A stretch of DNA of 64,000 nt, taken from positions 224,001 through 288,000 of the forward strand of contig CBDFGR010000001.1 of the NCBI GenBank assembly GCA_965247115.1. The letters are read 5' to 3'. The position numbers were made by a program, and so were the translations under genes. Origin of the DNA: Myxococcota bacterium (lineage in GTDB: Bacteria; Myxococcota_A; UBA9160; SZUA-336). A model generated the notes under the pieces. That model did not search any database and was not told the DNA's origin. It worked only from the letters and a program-made list of their open reading frames with translations. This document shows, piece by piece, positions 1-10,728 of this stretch (position 1 is the first letter of the stretch; each line of letters opens with the position of its first letter).

Positions 1-444
1 GTCAAGGGTAGGTCGACCTCCTCGAACGGCTCTGGCCGCTACATGGCGCGCGACCCGCGCGGGCGTTCTCCCAAAGTCGCGTTCCGTTGGCCCCTGCGGG
101 GCAAGCTGGCTAGCAGCTACGGCCTACGCGGTGGCGCTCACCACGACGGGATCGACATCTCGCGCAAGTCGGGGACCGCGATTCGGGCTGCCGAGGCTGG
201 CCGGGTGGTCCACTCCGACAACTCGCTCCCAGGCTACGGGAACATGGTCATCCTGAAGCACGCAGGTGTGTATTCGACGGTGTACGCGCACAACCGGCGC
301 AATCTCGTCAAGGTCGGAGAGTTCGTGCAACGGGGTCAGGTGATAGCGGAGGTCGGCAGGACGGGTCGCTCGACGGCGCCCCACCTGCACTTCGAGGTCC
401 GCAAGAACGGCCGTGCGACCAATCCTCTAGACTACCTGCGATGA
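1..444 (+). CDS. M23 family metallopeptidase (NlpD-like), 5'-partial
   Basis: Frame open from base 1; HxxxD (HDGID) and HxH (PHLHFEVR) M23 motifs; lies upstream of apt. Confidence 0.9.
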   Translation, partial: VKGRSTSSNGSGRYMARDPRGRSPKVAFRWPLRGKLASSYGLRGGAHHDGIDISRKSGTAIRAAEAGRVVHSDNSLPGYGNMVILKHAGVYSTVYAHNRRNLVKVGEFVQRGQVIAEVGRTGRSTAPHLHFEVRKNGRATNPLDYLR

Positions 445-965
445 GTCCCCAGGAGCAGCTCGCCGAGAAGATCCGCGACATCCCGGGCTTCCCGGAGCCG
501 GGGATCTTGTTCAAGGACATCACGCCGCTTTTGCAGGAGCCAAAGTCCCTGGCGCTGGCGTGCCAGCTCCTCGCGCAGCCCTACCTCGAGCGCGAGGTCG
601 AGCTGGTCGTCGGGATCGAGTCGCGTGGCTTCCTGTTTGGCCCCGCCGTGGCACAGCAGCTCGGTGCCGGGTTCGCGCCCGCCCGCAAGCTCGGGAAGCT
701 GCCCTGGGAGACGCTTAGTGAGCGCTATGACCTCGAGTACGGCAGCAACGAGATCGAGATGCACCGGGACGCCGTGCAACCCGGTCAACGCGTCCTCATC
801 GTCGACGACCTGATTGCCACGGGTGGGACTGCGGCGGCCACGGTCAAGCTGATCCGGCGCATGGAAGGCCATCTCCTGGGCGCGTCGTTCCTGATCGAGC
901 TCGCGGCCCTCGAGGGCAAGAAGGCCCTTCCCGGCGTCGAAGTCTCTACGATTCTCTCTTACTGA
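441..965 (+). CDS. apt: Adenine phosphoribosyltransferase
   Basis: IRDIPGFPEPGILFKDITP, GIESRGF and PRPP motif VLIVDDLIATGGT; ATGA overlap with upstream gene. Confidence 0.97.
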   Translation: MSPQEQLAEKIRDIPGFPEPGILFKDITPLLQEPKSLALACQLLAQPYLEREVELVVGIESRGFLFGPAVAQQLGAGFAPARKLGKLPWETLSERYDLEYGSNEIEMHRDAVQPGQRVLIVDDLIATGGTAAATVKLIRRMEGHLLGASFLIELAALEGKKALPGVEVSTILSY

Positions 966-1055
966 ACGCCGCCCGCTAGGCCTTCATTGCCGGCCCCCGC
1001 TGGCCGAATCACATCTGGGGAACTGAGTTCCCGAGTCTGCGACACGGGGGACCGG

Positions 1056-2828
1056 ATGAGCAAGCTGCTCGTCATTGACGACACGACCGACCGCGCACGT
1101 CAGCTGGTCGAGAACCTGGCGTCGAGGGTCTACGAGTGGCACACGACCGCCTGGGGCGCGAATACCGTGAGCGAGGCCGCAGCGTTGCAGCCAGACGTGA
1201 TCTTGCTCGACGTCGGGCCGCGGGGCGTGGACTCGGCGTTGCGCTGCGCGTCCCTGGTCGAGACCGTGGCGAAGGTGATCGTGATCGTGATCGCGCCGTC
1301 GGATCGGGAGGCAGACGTCCTGCGCTGTCTGCAGGCCGGTGCCGCGGACTGGATCAACCGGCCCGTGAACGGCGCGCTGCTTCATGCCAGGATCGCCGCG
1401 CTGATGGTCGCCCAGCAAGATCATGAGGCACGTCGGCAGCTCGCCGGTGAGCTCGACGAGCGCCGCCGCAGCGGCGACGGCGGACTTGGCGACGACCGCC
1501 AGGACTACCGCTTCCTCTCCACCCACGATCCGCTGACCGGTCTGCCGACGCTCCAGATGTTCGACGAGTACGTGACCAAGTCCATCGCGCAGGCCCAGCG
1601 TCACCCGCAGACCCTGGCGGTGATCTGCCTGGACCTGGATAACTTCAAGCAGATCAACGATGTGCTCGGACACGCAGTGGGAGACCAGCTCCTCCAGGCG
1701 GTCTCCCGGCGTCTGCGCCAGAGCGTGCGCAGCTCCGACATGGTCGCGCGGCTCGGCGGCGACGAGTTCATGATCCTGCTCGTGAACCTGAACCGGCGGG
1801 AGGATGCGGCGGTCGTCGCGGCCAAGATCGTCGGCGTCCTGTCGCGGCCACACGAGCTGTCGGGGCAGGAGATCTTCATGACACCCAGCGTCGGCATCTC
1901 CGTGTATCCCGACCACGGCGACAACTCCGAAGGGTTGATCGGGCGCGCGGAAGTCGCCATGCGCGCGGTGAAGGACCAGGGCAGAGCGAGCTTCCTGTAT
2001 TACGTCGCAGACGAGAACAAGAATGCCCGGGAGCGAATGCAGCTCGAGTATCACATGAGAGATGCGCTGGAGCGTGGGCAGTTCAAGCTTTACTTTCAAC
2101 CTCAGGTCGACGCTCGAAAAGGCAACCTCGTTGGTGCGGAGGCCCTGATCCGCTGGTTCCACCCGGAGCTCGGAATCGTCTCACCGGGCGAGTTCATTCC
2201 CATTGCAGAGGCTTCCGGGCTGATTCGACCGCTCGGCGACTGGGTGATCCGTGAGGCCTGCGGGCAGAAGAAGCGCTGGGAAAGCGAGGGGCTGGGGGGC
2301 TTTCCGATCTCGGTGAACGTGTCGTTCCGTCAGCTCACGACGGGCCGTTTCGCGGAGACCGTCAAGCAGGTCCTGCGGGCCACCGGGCTCGAGGCCAGGC
2401 ACCTCGACCTGGAAATCACCGAGAACACCATCATGGAGCAGCTCGCTCAGGCCCTGGAAACGCTCAAGACCTGCGAGGACCTCGGCGTGACCATTTCGAT
2501 CGATGACTTCGGGACGGGCTACTCGTCGCTGAGCGTGCTGGGAACACTTCCGGCTCATACACTCAAGATCGACCAGTCCTTCGTGCGTGACATACATAAG
2601 AGTGCGACACGTGCGGCCATCACGCGGACCGTAATCGCCGTCGCTGCCGAGCTCGGCCTTGCGACGATCGCCGAGGGTGTAGAGACCGAGGAAGAGATGG
2701 AGTTCGTGGCGGCGCTTGGCTGCACGCGCATGCAGGGCTACCTGTTCGGCCACCCGGTCCCGCCAGACGAGTTCCTGGAGCAGTGGAGCGACGACGCCGT
2801 CGCAGACGTCACGCTGTCCGCGGGCTAG
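1056..2828 (+). CDS. Response regulator REC-GGDEF-EAL c-di-GMP enzyme
   Basis: REC (LLVIDD...DVILLD), RxxD I-site plus intact GGDEF, EALIRW and DDFGTGYSS; start placed at ATG 1056. Confidence 0.93.
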   Translation: MSKLLVIDDTTDRARQLVENLASRVYEWHTTAWGANTVSEAAALQPDVILLDVGPRGVDSALRCASLVETVAKVIVIVIAPSDREADVLRCLQAGAADWINRPVNGALLHARIAALMVAQQDHEARRQLAGELDERRRSGDGGLGDDRQDYRFLSTHDPLTGLPTLQMFDEYVTKSIAQAQRHPQTLAVICLDLDNFKQINDVLGHAVGDQLLQAVSRRLRQSVRSSDMVARLGGDEFMILLVNLNRREDAAVVAAKIVGVLSRPHELSGQEIFMTPSVGISVYPDHGDNSEGLIGRAEVAMRAVKDQGRASFLYYVADENKNARERMQLEYHMRDALERGQFKLYFQPQVDARKGNLVGAEALIRWFHPELGIVSPGEFIPIAEASGLIRPLGDWVIREACGQKKRWESEGLGGFPISVNVSFRQLTTGRFAETVKQVLRATGLEARHLDLEITENTIMEQLAQALETLKTCEDLGVTISIDDFGTGYSSLSVLGTLPAHTLKIDQSFVRDIHKSATRAAITRTVIAVAAELGLATIAEGVETEEEMEFVAALGCTRMQGYLFGHPVPPDEFLEQWSDDAVADVTLSAG

Positions 2829-4038
2829 AGTGTACGGCTGAGAAACCAGAAGAGGCCGAGGCCGCACACCGCGGCCGAGCCCAGCTCGGTGACCAGACGT
2901 GCCGCGCCGCCTCGGACTCTCTCGAGCCAGAGCAGGAGCGGCCAGGCCAGCGCCACGACGGCGAGCTGCCCGGTCTCGACGCCGAGGTTGAAGCCCAGCA
3001 GGGCCGCCACGATGCGGTCGGCAAGCCGATTTCGGTAAGGAAACCCCCGAAGCCAAAGCCGTGGACGAGGCCGAAGGCGAAGGCGACGGCGGTGCGAAGC
3101 CGGGCGGGGCGGGTGGCGACGGAGAGGAGCCCGAAGTGACAGCCAGAGAAAAGCGCCAGTCCGAGCAGGATCCCGGACGAGAGGATCCCGACCCCCGCCG
3201 CTGCGAGCGCCGCCAGGGCGAGCAGACCCAGCAGGATCGTCATGGGAACCAGACGGCCGCGGTCGGTGAGGAGCCAGGCGTTCTCCGCCCCCACCAGGGC
3301 GATCGAAAATCCGATCAGCGCCTCGACTGCGGCGGTATCCGGCTGTAGGACCCGGAGCACTGCGAGCCCGAGCGTGACGCTGTGCGCCACGGTGAAGCCC
3401 GTCACCAGGGTCGCGACCTCGCCGAACGTTCGCGCGAGCAGCAGCAACGCGATCACGAAGGCCAGGTGATCCCAGCCTGACAGGATGTGCTCGATGCCGA
3501 TCCCCCAGTAGTCGAGCAGCGAGCTCCCGCTGAGCGCCGTCTCCCGCTCGCCCCCGGCCAGGTCCAGCGGCCAGTGCGGTGCCCTCTCGGACAACACGCG
3601 TTCGACGACACCCCCGTCCGGCAGTAGCAGGCGCGCAAAGTGGAGGTGCGACGGTTCGGCATCGAGCAGCAGGACGCTGCGGATGGAGAGGTCGCGGGGC
3701 TGCGGGCACTCGAGCTCCCAGACCCATGACGACCAGCCCTCGCGGGCTCGACGCGGGCTCGGTCTCGACACCGCAGCGCACGGCCGGTCTCCCGAGAAGA
3801 TGCGCAGATCCGCTGCGAGTCTGCGGCTCGCGCGAGTCACGCCCTGGATGCTCAACGGCGACGCGACACCGATCCGGCTCAGGTCCAGCAGTGTGACCTG
3901 CGCGCGCACGCTCGCGCCGGTCTCTGTGAGCTGCCAGCTCGAGTACGAGACGCTGCGCGTGTGAGCTCGAAGCCCGGTCGCTGGAAGCAGAGCGAGCAGG
4001 CCCAGGATCAACGGGGCGTAGCTCCAGTGCCTGCTCAT
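2825..4038 (-). pseudogene. HupE/UreJ-family membrane protein with a frameshift near 3020 (real or sequencing error)
   Basis: GIEHILSGWDHLAF, FTVAHSVTL and FGLVHGFGF in one frame; conserved tail LLGFNLGVETGQL in another frame ending at 2825. Confidence 0.8.
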
Positions 4039-4928
4039 GGGATCTGGTCGGCCTGCTCGATCTCGGCGCGGCGGCGCAGCTCGTCGAGCGCAGCGCGCAG
4101 CGCCGCATCTCCAGCGCGCCGCACCCACTCGCTGCGAACCTCCGCCTCGACCTCGGCCAGCTCGGGCGTTACACCAGGCTCGCGCCCGAGCGAGTACAGC
4201 AACGTGTAGCCCTGCGCGGAAGACAGGGGATCGCTCACCTCTCCCGGCGCCAGACTCAGCGCGGCTTGCGTCGCGCTGGGACCGAGGTACTCGCGGAGCT
4301 TCACCGGAGAGAGGTACGTCTCCGGCAGCTGCGCGACCTCAGCGTCGCCGAGCTCACTTTTCACGAGCGCGAACGCTTCTCCAGTCCGGAGCCTGCGCAC
4401 GGCATCGCGCGCCCGGGCGAGAGCCTGCTCCGAGGAGCGCCGCGGCTCCGAGCGCACAAGGATCTTACCGATATGCGCACGACCCGGGCGTGCAAAGTAG
4501 TCGACGCGCTCGTGATAGAAGGCCTCGAGCTCCGCATCGCTCGGGTCCGTGTCCGACGCTGTGGCGACGACGGCCTGGATGACCGCAGCAACGAGGCCTG
4601 CGCGGACTCGTGCGTCGTGGCGTGGCAGCTCCAGGTCGAGTGCGTGCTGGACCAGCAGCTCCTCGTCGATCAGTCGATCCAGCACGCGCTGTCGCTCAGC
4701 CCGACTCGGGACGGAACGACTGTCGGCCGCGAGTGCGGCGACTGCGCGTTCGTACTCCGCTGAGCCGATCAGGCTGTCATTCACGCGGGCGACCGCGTGC
4801 GAAGGCAGGCCGGGAGCCGGCGACAGGAGTCCGAGCGCCACCGTGGCGAGCCCCGCTGCCGCACCCAGGCCCAGCAGGAGCCGCGCTCGATGGGCGTGCT
4901 CCGACGGTGTGCTCTCCGTCGTGCTCAT
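4035..4928 (-). CDS. SurA/PpiC-type peptidyl-prolyl isomerase
   Basis: VARVND, LDRLIDEELLVQ (SurA N-terminal-like), parvulin-like C-terminus; ATGA overlap with the HupE gene. Confidence 0.8.
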   Translation of the reverse strand: MSTTESTPSEHAHRARLLLGLGAAAGLATVALGLLSPAPGLPSHAVARVNDSLIGSAEYERAVAALAADSRSVPSRAERQRVLDRLIDEELLVQHALDLELPRHDARVRAGLVAAVIQAVVATASDTDPSDAELEAFYHERVDYFARPGRAHIGKILVRSEPRRSSEQALARARDAVRRLRTGEAFALVKSELGDAEVAQLPETYLSPVKLREYLGPSATQAALSLAPGEVSDPLSSAQGYTLLYSLGREPGVTPELAEVEAEVRSEWVRRAGDAALRAALDELRRRAEIEQADQIP

Positions 4929-4964
4929 CTCTTGCGTCCGGCCCCGCCTCCCGGAAGGCCGATC

Positions 4965-5591
4965 TTACACGACGGAGCGCGCGACCGGGCTGCTCCGCCC
5001 CGCAAACCGGAACCAGACCCGGACTCCTAGGAGTGCGGTGAGGATGGTCGCGTAGATGAGCGGCTCCAGGAGGTCCGCCTTGGTGAGCCACAGGTAGTGG
5101 ACGACTCCCGCGACGCCCGCAGCGTAGGCGAGCCGGTGGAGCTGCACCCAGCGCCTCTTCAGCCGTCGTATCCAGCCGCGTGTCGAGGTGATCGCAAGTG
5201 GCAGCAGGCAGAGGAAGCCCGTGAAGCCGGCTGTGATGTAGGGGCGCTCGAGCACGTCTTCGAGCACGATGCTCCAGTCGAAGAACAGGTCGAGTGCCAC
5301 GTACGTGGACAGGTGCATACAGGCGTAGAAGAACGAGAACAGACCCAGCGTCCGCCGCCGCGGTGCCAGAAAGCTCCAGCCCAGCAGGCGCCGCACGGGA
5401 GTGACCGCGAGAGCGGCGAGCAGGAAGCGCAGCGTCCAGTCGCCCGTGGTGTGCGTCAACGTCTCGATGGGGTTCGCACCGAGGCGGCCCGCCAGCCCGT
5501 CAAGCAGGAGGAACGCGGCTGGCGCGACGCCGACGACGATCACCAGGGCTCGGAGGCCGGGCCCACGTAGCCACGTCCGCGAGCCCGCCAC
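4965..5591 (-). CDS. msrQ: Periplasmic Met-sulfoxide reductase heme-binding subunit
   Basis: LGANPIE..THTTG, RRTLGL, PLAITS, WVQLHRLAY; GTG start after GAGGA; directly downstream of msrP. Confidence 0.93.
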   Translation of the reverse strand: MAGSRTWLRGPGLRALVIVVGVAPAAFLLLDGLAGRLGANPIETLTHTTGDWTLRFLLAALAVTPVRRLLGWSFLAPRRRTLGLFSFFYACMHLSTYVALDLFFDWSIVLEDVLERPYITAGFTGFLCLLPLAITSTRGWIRRLKRRWVQLHRLAYAAGVAGVVHYLWLTKADLLEPLIYATILTALLGVRVWFRFAGRSSPVARSVV

Positions 5592-5599
5592 GATCGTCC

Positions 5600-6577
5600 T
5601 CAGTAGTTCCTGGCGAGGTCCATGCCCGCATACAGGCCGGCGACCGCTTCGGCGTAGCCATTGAAGGGCAGCGTGGGCTGCTTTGGCTCGAAGAAGCCCC
5701 CCCCGATGCGGCGGTGTCGCTTCTGGCTCCAGCGGGGATGGTCGACAGCGGGATTGACGTTCGCGTAGAAGCCGTACTCGCGTGGTGCAGACATGTTCCA
5801 GCTCGTCTTCGGGCGCTTGCGCGTGAGACGGATGCTCACGATCGACTTGATGCTCTTGAAGCCGTACTTCCATGGAACCACGAGGCGTAGCGGGGCGCCG
5901 TTCTGGTTGGGCAGCACGCGCCCGTAGAGACCCACCGCGAGGATGGTCAGTGGGTGCATGGCCTCGTCCAGACGCAGGCCCTCGCGGTAGGGCCAGTCCA
6001 GGACGCGGCGACGCTGCCCGCGCATCTGCGCGGGGTCGTGCAGCGTTCGGAACTCCACGAAGTTCGCGCGGGACGTGGGCTCGAGCCGGCGCAGCACGTC
6101 GCCAAGCGGGATTCCGATCCACGGGATGACCATGGACCAGGCTTCGACGCAACGCAGCCGGTAGACGCGCTCCTGCAGTGCGTGCGGCTTGATCAGGTCT
6201 TCGAACGCGCGTTCGCCTGGCTTCGCCACTTCACCTTCGATCGCGACCGGCCACGGCTCGGTCACCAGGCTGTCTGCGTAGCGGGCAGGGTCTTCCTTGT
6301 CCGTGCCGAACTCGTAGAAGTTGTTGTACGAGACTGCATGGTCAAAGCGGGTGTGGACCTCGTCGGTGCTGAAGGGGCTCGGCTCGAGCGGACCGAGCGG
6401 CGCCAGGTCCTCGGGCTTTGTGACCGCGGCGGCCCGTCGTGGGAGTCCCGCAGTGGCGAGCAACGCGCCCGCTCCCAGTGCGGACTCGCGCAGGAACTCG
6501 CGTCGACGCAGGTAGAGCGCCTCGTCCGTGATTTCACTCGAGGCGATGTCACCAGGGCGACGAATGCGAATGTGCAC
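5600..6577 (-). CDS. msrP: Periplasmic Met-sulfoxide reductase molybdo-catalytic subunit
   Basis: SEIT..RRREFL Tat signal, [33 protein letters not shown]. Confidence 0.97.
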   Translation of the reverse strand: MHIRIRRPGDIASSEITDEALYLRRREFLRESALGAGALLATAGLPRRAAAVTKPEDLAPLGPLEPSPFSTDEVHTRFDHAVSYNNFYEFGTDKEDPARYADSLVTEPWPVAIEGEVAKPGERAFEDLIKPHALQERVYRLRCVEAWSMVIPWIGIPLGDVLRRLEPTSRANFVEFRTLHDPAQMRGQRRRVLDWPYREGLRLDEAMHPLTILAVGLYGRVLPNQNGAPLRLVVPWKYGFKSIKSIVSIRLTRKRPKTSWNMSAPREYGFYANVNPAVDHPRWSQKRHRRIGGGFFEPKQPTLPFNGYAEAVAGLYAGMDLARNY

Positions 6578-6677
6578 GAAGACGGCCTCCTCTCTCGGGC
6601 GCTGTTCTCGGCCCGTTCATCGGATGCCACAGAGAGTCTAGTGTTTCCCTTGCGGGCGCCGCGAACGCAGCCACCTC

Positions 6678-8177
6678 TCAGCCCAGGGTGACCAGGCGGC
6701 CGCAGTTTCGGCCCGCCGCCTTGGCGCGGTAGAGCGCGCGGTCCGCCGCCGCCACCAGGGCGGACGGACTCGCCACCGCCTTCGCGTCGCGACAGGCACA
6801 GGCCCCGATGGAGACCGAACGTCGCACCGACTCGCCCTGCGTCTCGATCGAAGTCGTGTAGATCACTCTCCGCAGCCGCTCCATGCGAGCCTCGAGCTCC
6901 TCGGGGGTAGCCTGCGGGCAGATCACGGCAAACTCCTCTCCGCCGTACCGACACGCCTCCTCGCCAGATTCCGCGCTCTGCAGGATCGCGAAGCCGATCT
7001 CTCTCAGCATCTGGTCGCCGACCTGATGGCCGTGGTCGTCGTTCACACTCTTGAAGTGGTCGAGATCGAGGAGCAAGAGCCCAAGCAGCGTGCCGTTCTT
7101 GCGCGCGCGCTCGAACTCGACGTACAACGTCTCGTCGAAATAGCCGCGGTTCTTCAGACCCGTCAGCGGATCGGAGATCGCCCGCAGCTCGAGGTCGCTG
7201 TTCGTCTTTCCGAGCTCATCCAGCTCGGAGGTCACGCTGCGTACCTGCTCGTTCAGAGCGAGGCTCTCGCGCACCAGGAGCTGGGTCGCCTGCGAGGCGA
7301 TCGCGGCCAGGCTCGCAGGGTCATTGGTCTCGAGGTCGAGCCCAAGCGCTAGGTTCGGGAGACTCTCCTGGATCTCCAGGAGCACCTCGCAGCAGTCCGC
7401 CCGATCGAAGTCCAGGTAGCGGGCCCCCGCGCGTTCGACCCTGGCAGCGCCGGAGACCACGTCCCCGCCGGACAGCAGGTCGCCGCAGATCGCGCAGAAA
7501 TGGAGAAGCTGCGCGAGCCCGAGGTCCGTGGAGTCTTCCGCCTGCTCTGGCTCGATGTGGTTGCGAATCGTGGTGCAGATGCGATTCGGCAGACCCCAGG
7601 CGGCGAGCAGGTCCGCTCCGAGTTCGACGCTGCTGTTCCCGAGCTCTTCTCGCTCGATCTCGTGCAATGCCCTCCCGCTCTCGCGCCAGGTCTCGAGAAT
7701 CGGGCGATAACGATCCGGGAGGCACTCGGCAAGCACCAGCCGGCCAAATCCGCTCAGCATTCCGCTGAGGAAAGCCTCCTCCTTGAGCGTGGGGAATCTC
7801 CTCTCGCTGAGCAGCTGCATGGCGAGGGCCGTCGCGGAGGTACGCGTCCAGAAGTGGCGATAGTCGAAGCCGCAGAGCGACTCGCCTCGACTGATCGACA
7901 GAATCGAGAACGAGAGGGCCAGGAGGTTCACGCTGCGCAGGCCCAGGATCAACACTGCCTGGCGTATGCTCGAGATCTCCCGCGGCAGTCCGAACAGGCT
8001 CGAGTTCGCGGTCTTCAGCAGCTTCGCGACGAGCGCGGGGTCCTGGCTCAGAGCCTCCGCCAGCTCGCGGATGTCGACCTGGTCGTCTCTGTTGAGCTCG
8101 ACGACGCGCAACGCCACGGCCGGTGGGGATGGCAGCTGATCTGCTTTCTCGAGCTCTTGCAGCAGGCTGGGGGGCAT
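6678..8177 (-). CDS. HDOD-GGDEF diguanylate cyclase
   Basis: LPSPP..., DPALVAKLLKTANS (HDOD); DPLTGL, DLDHFKSVND, RYGGEEF. Confidence 0.92.
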   Translation of the reverse strand: MPPSLLQELEKADQLPSPPAVALRVVELNRDDQVDIRELAEALSQDPALVAKLLKTANSSLFGLPREISSIRQAVLILGLRSVNLLALSFSILSISRGESLCGFDYRHFWTRTSATALAMQLLSERRFPTLKEEAFLSGMLSGFGRLVLAECLPDRYRPILETWRESGRALHEIEREELGNSSVELGADLLAAWGLPNRICTTIRNHIEPEQAEDSTDLGLAQLLHFCAICGDLLSGGDVVSGAARVERAGARYLDFDRADCCEVLLEIQESLPNLALGLDLETNDPASLAAIASQATQLLVRESLALNEQVRSVTSELDELGKTNSDLELRAISDPLTGLKNRGYFDETLYVEFERARKNGTLLGLLLLDLDHFKSVNDDHGHQVGDQMLREIGFAILQSAESGEEACRYGGEEFAVICPQATPEELEARMERLRRVIYTTSIETQGESVRRSVSIGACACRDAKAVASPSALVAAADRALYRAKAAGRNCGRLVTLG

Positions 8178-8239
8178 TCGCGCTCCGAGGGAGTCCTCTT
8201 AGTCTTCGTCGAGGTCGGGGGCTCTGCTTTAGCGCGACG

Positions 8240-10525
8240 CTAGAGACCGGAAACGGGTGCCACTGGCGCGCCACGGTCGAGCTCTTCACCGGCCGGGGAC
8301 GCGACTGTGCTTGCCGAGGCGCCTTGCAGGGCGCGGATGAGCCCGTCGACGGTCAGTAGCTCTGGTAATACTTCCGGGTCGTCGGGAGCCTCGGGACTGA
8401 AGACCAGGTACATGGGGACGCCGGCCCTGCCGTGCCGCGCGAGCTCCGCTCGGATCTCGGGATCGCGGCGCGTCCAGTCAGCCTTGAACGGGACCACCTG
8501 CAGGCGCTCGAGCTCCGCCAGCACGCGCTCGTCTCTGAGCACGACCCGCTCGTTCAGCTTGCATGTGATGCACCAGTCTGCGGTGAAGTCGACGAACACC
8601 ACGCTCCCGCCGCGTACCGAGGAGGAGACCTCGCCGGGGTCGTAGCTTCGCCAGGCAATTGCGCCCGACTCGGCCCCGCGCTCGTCGCTGGTTGTGCGCG
8701 TGGCGGGGAGAGTGAGGGTGCCGGCAATCGCGATCAGAGCTACGAGAGTGGTTCCGGCTGCGAGCAGCCGCGTGCTGGCGGTGCGCTGCAGCGCACCGAA
8801 GACCCAGGCGGCGAAGCCGACGACCAGCAGGAAGACGAGCAGCGCCACCATGCCATCCGTTCCTGCGAAGCGTCCGGAGAGCCAGAGCATCCAGACAACG
8901 GTCCCGAGCAAGGCAAAGCCCAGGAGCGCGCGCAGGTGGAGCATCCAGCCGCCGGAGCGTGGGATCCAGCGGGCCCAGGCCGGGACCAGGGTGACGAGCA
9001 GGTACGGGGAGGCGAGACCGATCCCGATCGCGAGGAAGATCCCGACGATCACAGGAATCGAGCTCGCGAAGGCCAGGCCGATCGCCGTACCCAGAAACGG
9101 GGCTGAGCAGGGAGTTGCGACGACAACGGCGAGGAGTCCCTCGAAGAAGCTGCGCCGCATCCCCACCGCGCTCGCCTCGAGGCGGTTGAGCGCGCTCGAG
9201 TCTATGAAGATCTCGAAGACACCGAAGAGGTTCAGTGCGAAGAGCAGCAGCACGGTGCTGATCGCAGCGACGAAGAGCGGCTCCTGGAACTGGAATCCCC
9301 AGCCGACCTGCGTCCCCGCGAGTCGCAGACCGACGACGACGCCGGCCAGGCCGAGCATGGTCACGAGTATGCCGCCGGTGTAGGCGAAGCCATGCCCGAT
9401 CACCTCGCGGCGGCTGTGGTGGGCGAGCTGGGTCATCCCCACGACCTTGATGGCGAGGACCGGTAAGACGCAGGGCATGAGATTCAAGATCAGACCGCCC
9501 AGCAGCGCGAGCAGCACGGCCTGCCAGAGTGGCACTCCCGCCGCCTGCGGTGGCTCGAGCCATGGGTTCTGGATCAGTCCCACCTCTGCGCCCTGGGCGG
9601 CGCGCGGAAGCGGGACGTCGATCTCGACCCAGCTGCCGGGAGCGTCTCCGCCCCGAAGTGCTACGACACCCGTGATGCGTTCGGCCGCGTCGGGAGCTTC
9701 CTCGACGGAAGCCGTGAAGCGGACGAGCATGCCCCTCTCGTCGAGAGGATGCCGCGAGCTGCCGAGCACCGCGAGCTCAAGTCCCGGGGTTGCATCGGGC
9801 ACGAACGCCCGCTGGCCGGAGACGGGCCGCAGGGCCACCCCCTCCGGAGCGTTGAGAGCAATCGCGCCTCTGAACGTGTCGCCGGGTCGAACGGCCGTCT
9901 GGGAGTAGAGCGCCTCTACCTGGATGCCAAGCGCTTGGGCGTTGCCCGGGACACGGCCCGCATACTGCTCGAAAAGCGCCTCGATCTCTGGCCGCGCCAC
10001 GACGTCTGCCTCTCGGACCGGCAGGCGCATGCTGAGCTCAGCGTGGCCAGGGACGCACTGGACCTCGCAGGCGAGATAGTCGACCTCAGCCGCGATCTCT
10101 ACCTCGTCGCCGAGATCGCCCGCGAAGCGTGCAGTCGTGAACAGGAGCACCTCGTCGGCATAGCCGTAGGTGGTCAGGAAGCCGTCCGACTCGGCGAAGA
10201 CCTCGGGTGCTGGCCACTGGAGCTCGCCCGTCTCGGCTCCGTCGATGCTCCACTCGACCAGGGTCGCAAGTCCGGATTGACCGGGGTTTCGCCAGTAAAC
10301 GTGCCAGCCCCGATCGAGGCTGAAGAGCAAGCCTACGCGCGCACTTACGCCGGCGTAGACGGCGTCCCGGTCCACCAGCAGGCGTACCTCGACCTTGGCA
10401 TCCCCCGCTCGGATGACTCCCTCTGAGAACGCGGTCTCTGCTACCTGGGGTGCGCCCCACGCGAGGCGGCCGCCGAGGACGACCGCAAGGACCAGCATGG
10501 CTATGAGCGACGCACGGCTTCGCAA
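8240..10525 (-). CDS. dsbD: Thiol:disulfide interchange protein (DsbD_N + TM + thioredoxin)
   Basis: GWHVYWRNPG, CEVQC, LNLMPCVLP, ATPCSAP, DFTADWCITC. Confidence 0.93.
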   Translation of the reverse strand: MRSRASLIAMLVLAVVLGGRLAWGAPQVAETAFSEGVIRAGDAKVEVRLLVDRDAVYAGVSARVGLLFSLDRGWHVYWRNPGQSGLATLVEWSIDGAETGELQWPAPEVFAESDGFLTTYGYADEVLLFTTARFAGDLGDEVEIAAEVDYLACEVQCVPGHAELSMRLPVREADVVARPEIEALFEQYAGRVPGNAQALGIQVEALYSQTAVRPGDTFRGAIALNAPEGVALRPVSGQRAFVPDATPGLELAVLGSSRHPLDERGMLVRFTASVEEAPDAAERITGVVALRGGDAPGSWVEIDVPLPRAAQGAEVGLIQNPWLEPPQAAGVPLWQAVLLALLGGLILNLMPCVLPVLAIKVVGMTQLAHHSRREVIGHGFAYTGGILVTMLGLAGVVVGLRLAGTQVGWGFQFQEPLFVAAISTVLLLFALNLFGVFEIFIDSSALNRLEASAVGMRRSFFEGLLAVVVATPCSAPFLGTAIGLAFASSIPVIVGIFLAIGIGLASPYLLVTLVPAWARWIPRSGGWMLHLRALLGFALLGTVVWMLWLSGRFAGTDGMVALLVFLLVVGFAAWVFGALQRTASTRLLAAGTTLVALIAIAGTLTLPATRTTSDERGAESGAIAWRSYDPGEVSSSVRGGSVVFVDFTADWCITCKLNERVVLRDERVLAELERLQVVPFKADWTRRDPEIRAELARHGRAGVPMYLVFSPEAPDDPEVLPELLTVDGLIRALQGASASTVASPAGEELDRGAPVAPVSGL

Positions 10526-10728
10526 GGGGGCAACTCCTATCGCCAGGACCTACGGGAGTGGGGTTCGCGCGGTTACTACCCCCCTAATATCGGCTCCGAG
10601 GCCAGATTCTGCCATTCTCGAGCCAGGCCCTGTCCCCGGCTGGCCGTCCCCGCCCCCATCGGCATACAGAAGTCCGCCCTGGCCGCCGATACCCCTGGGA
10701 GTCGGTTACTGGCGGAGGTGACCCGGGC

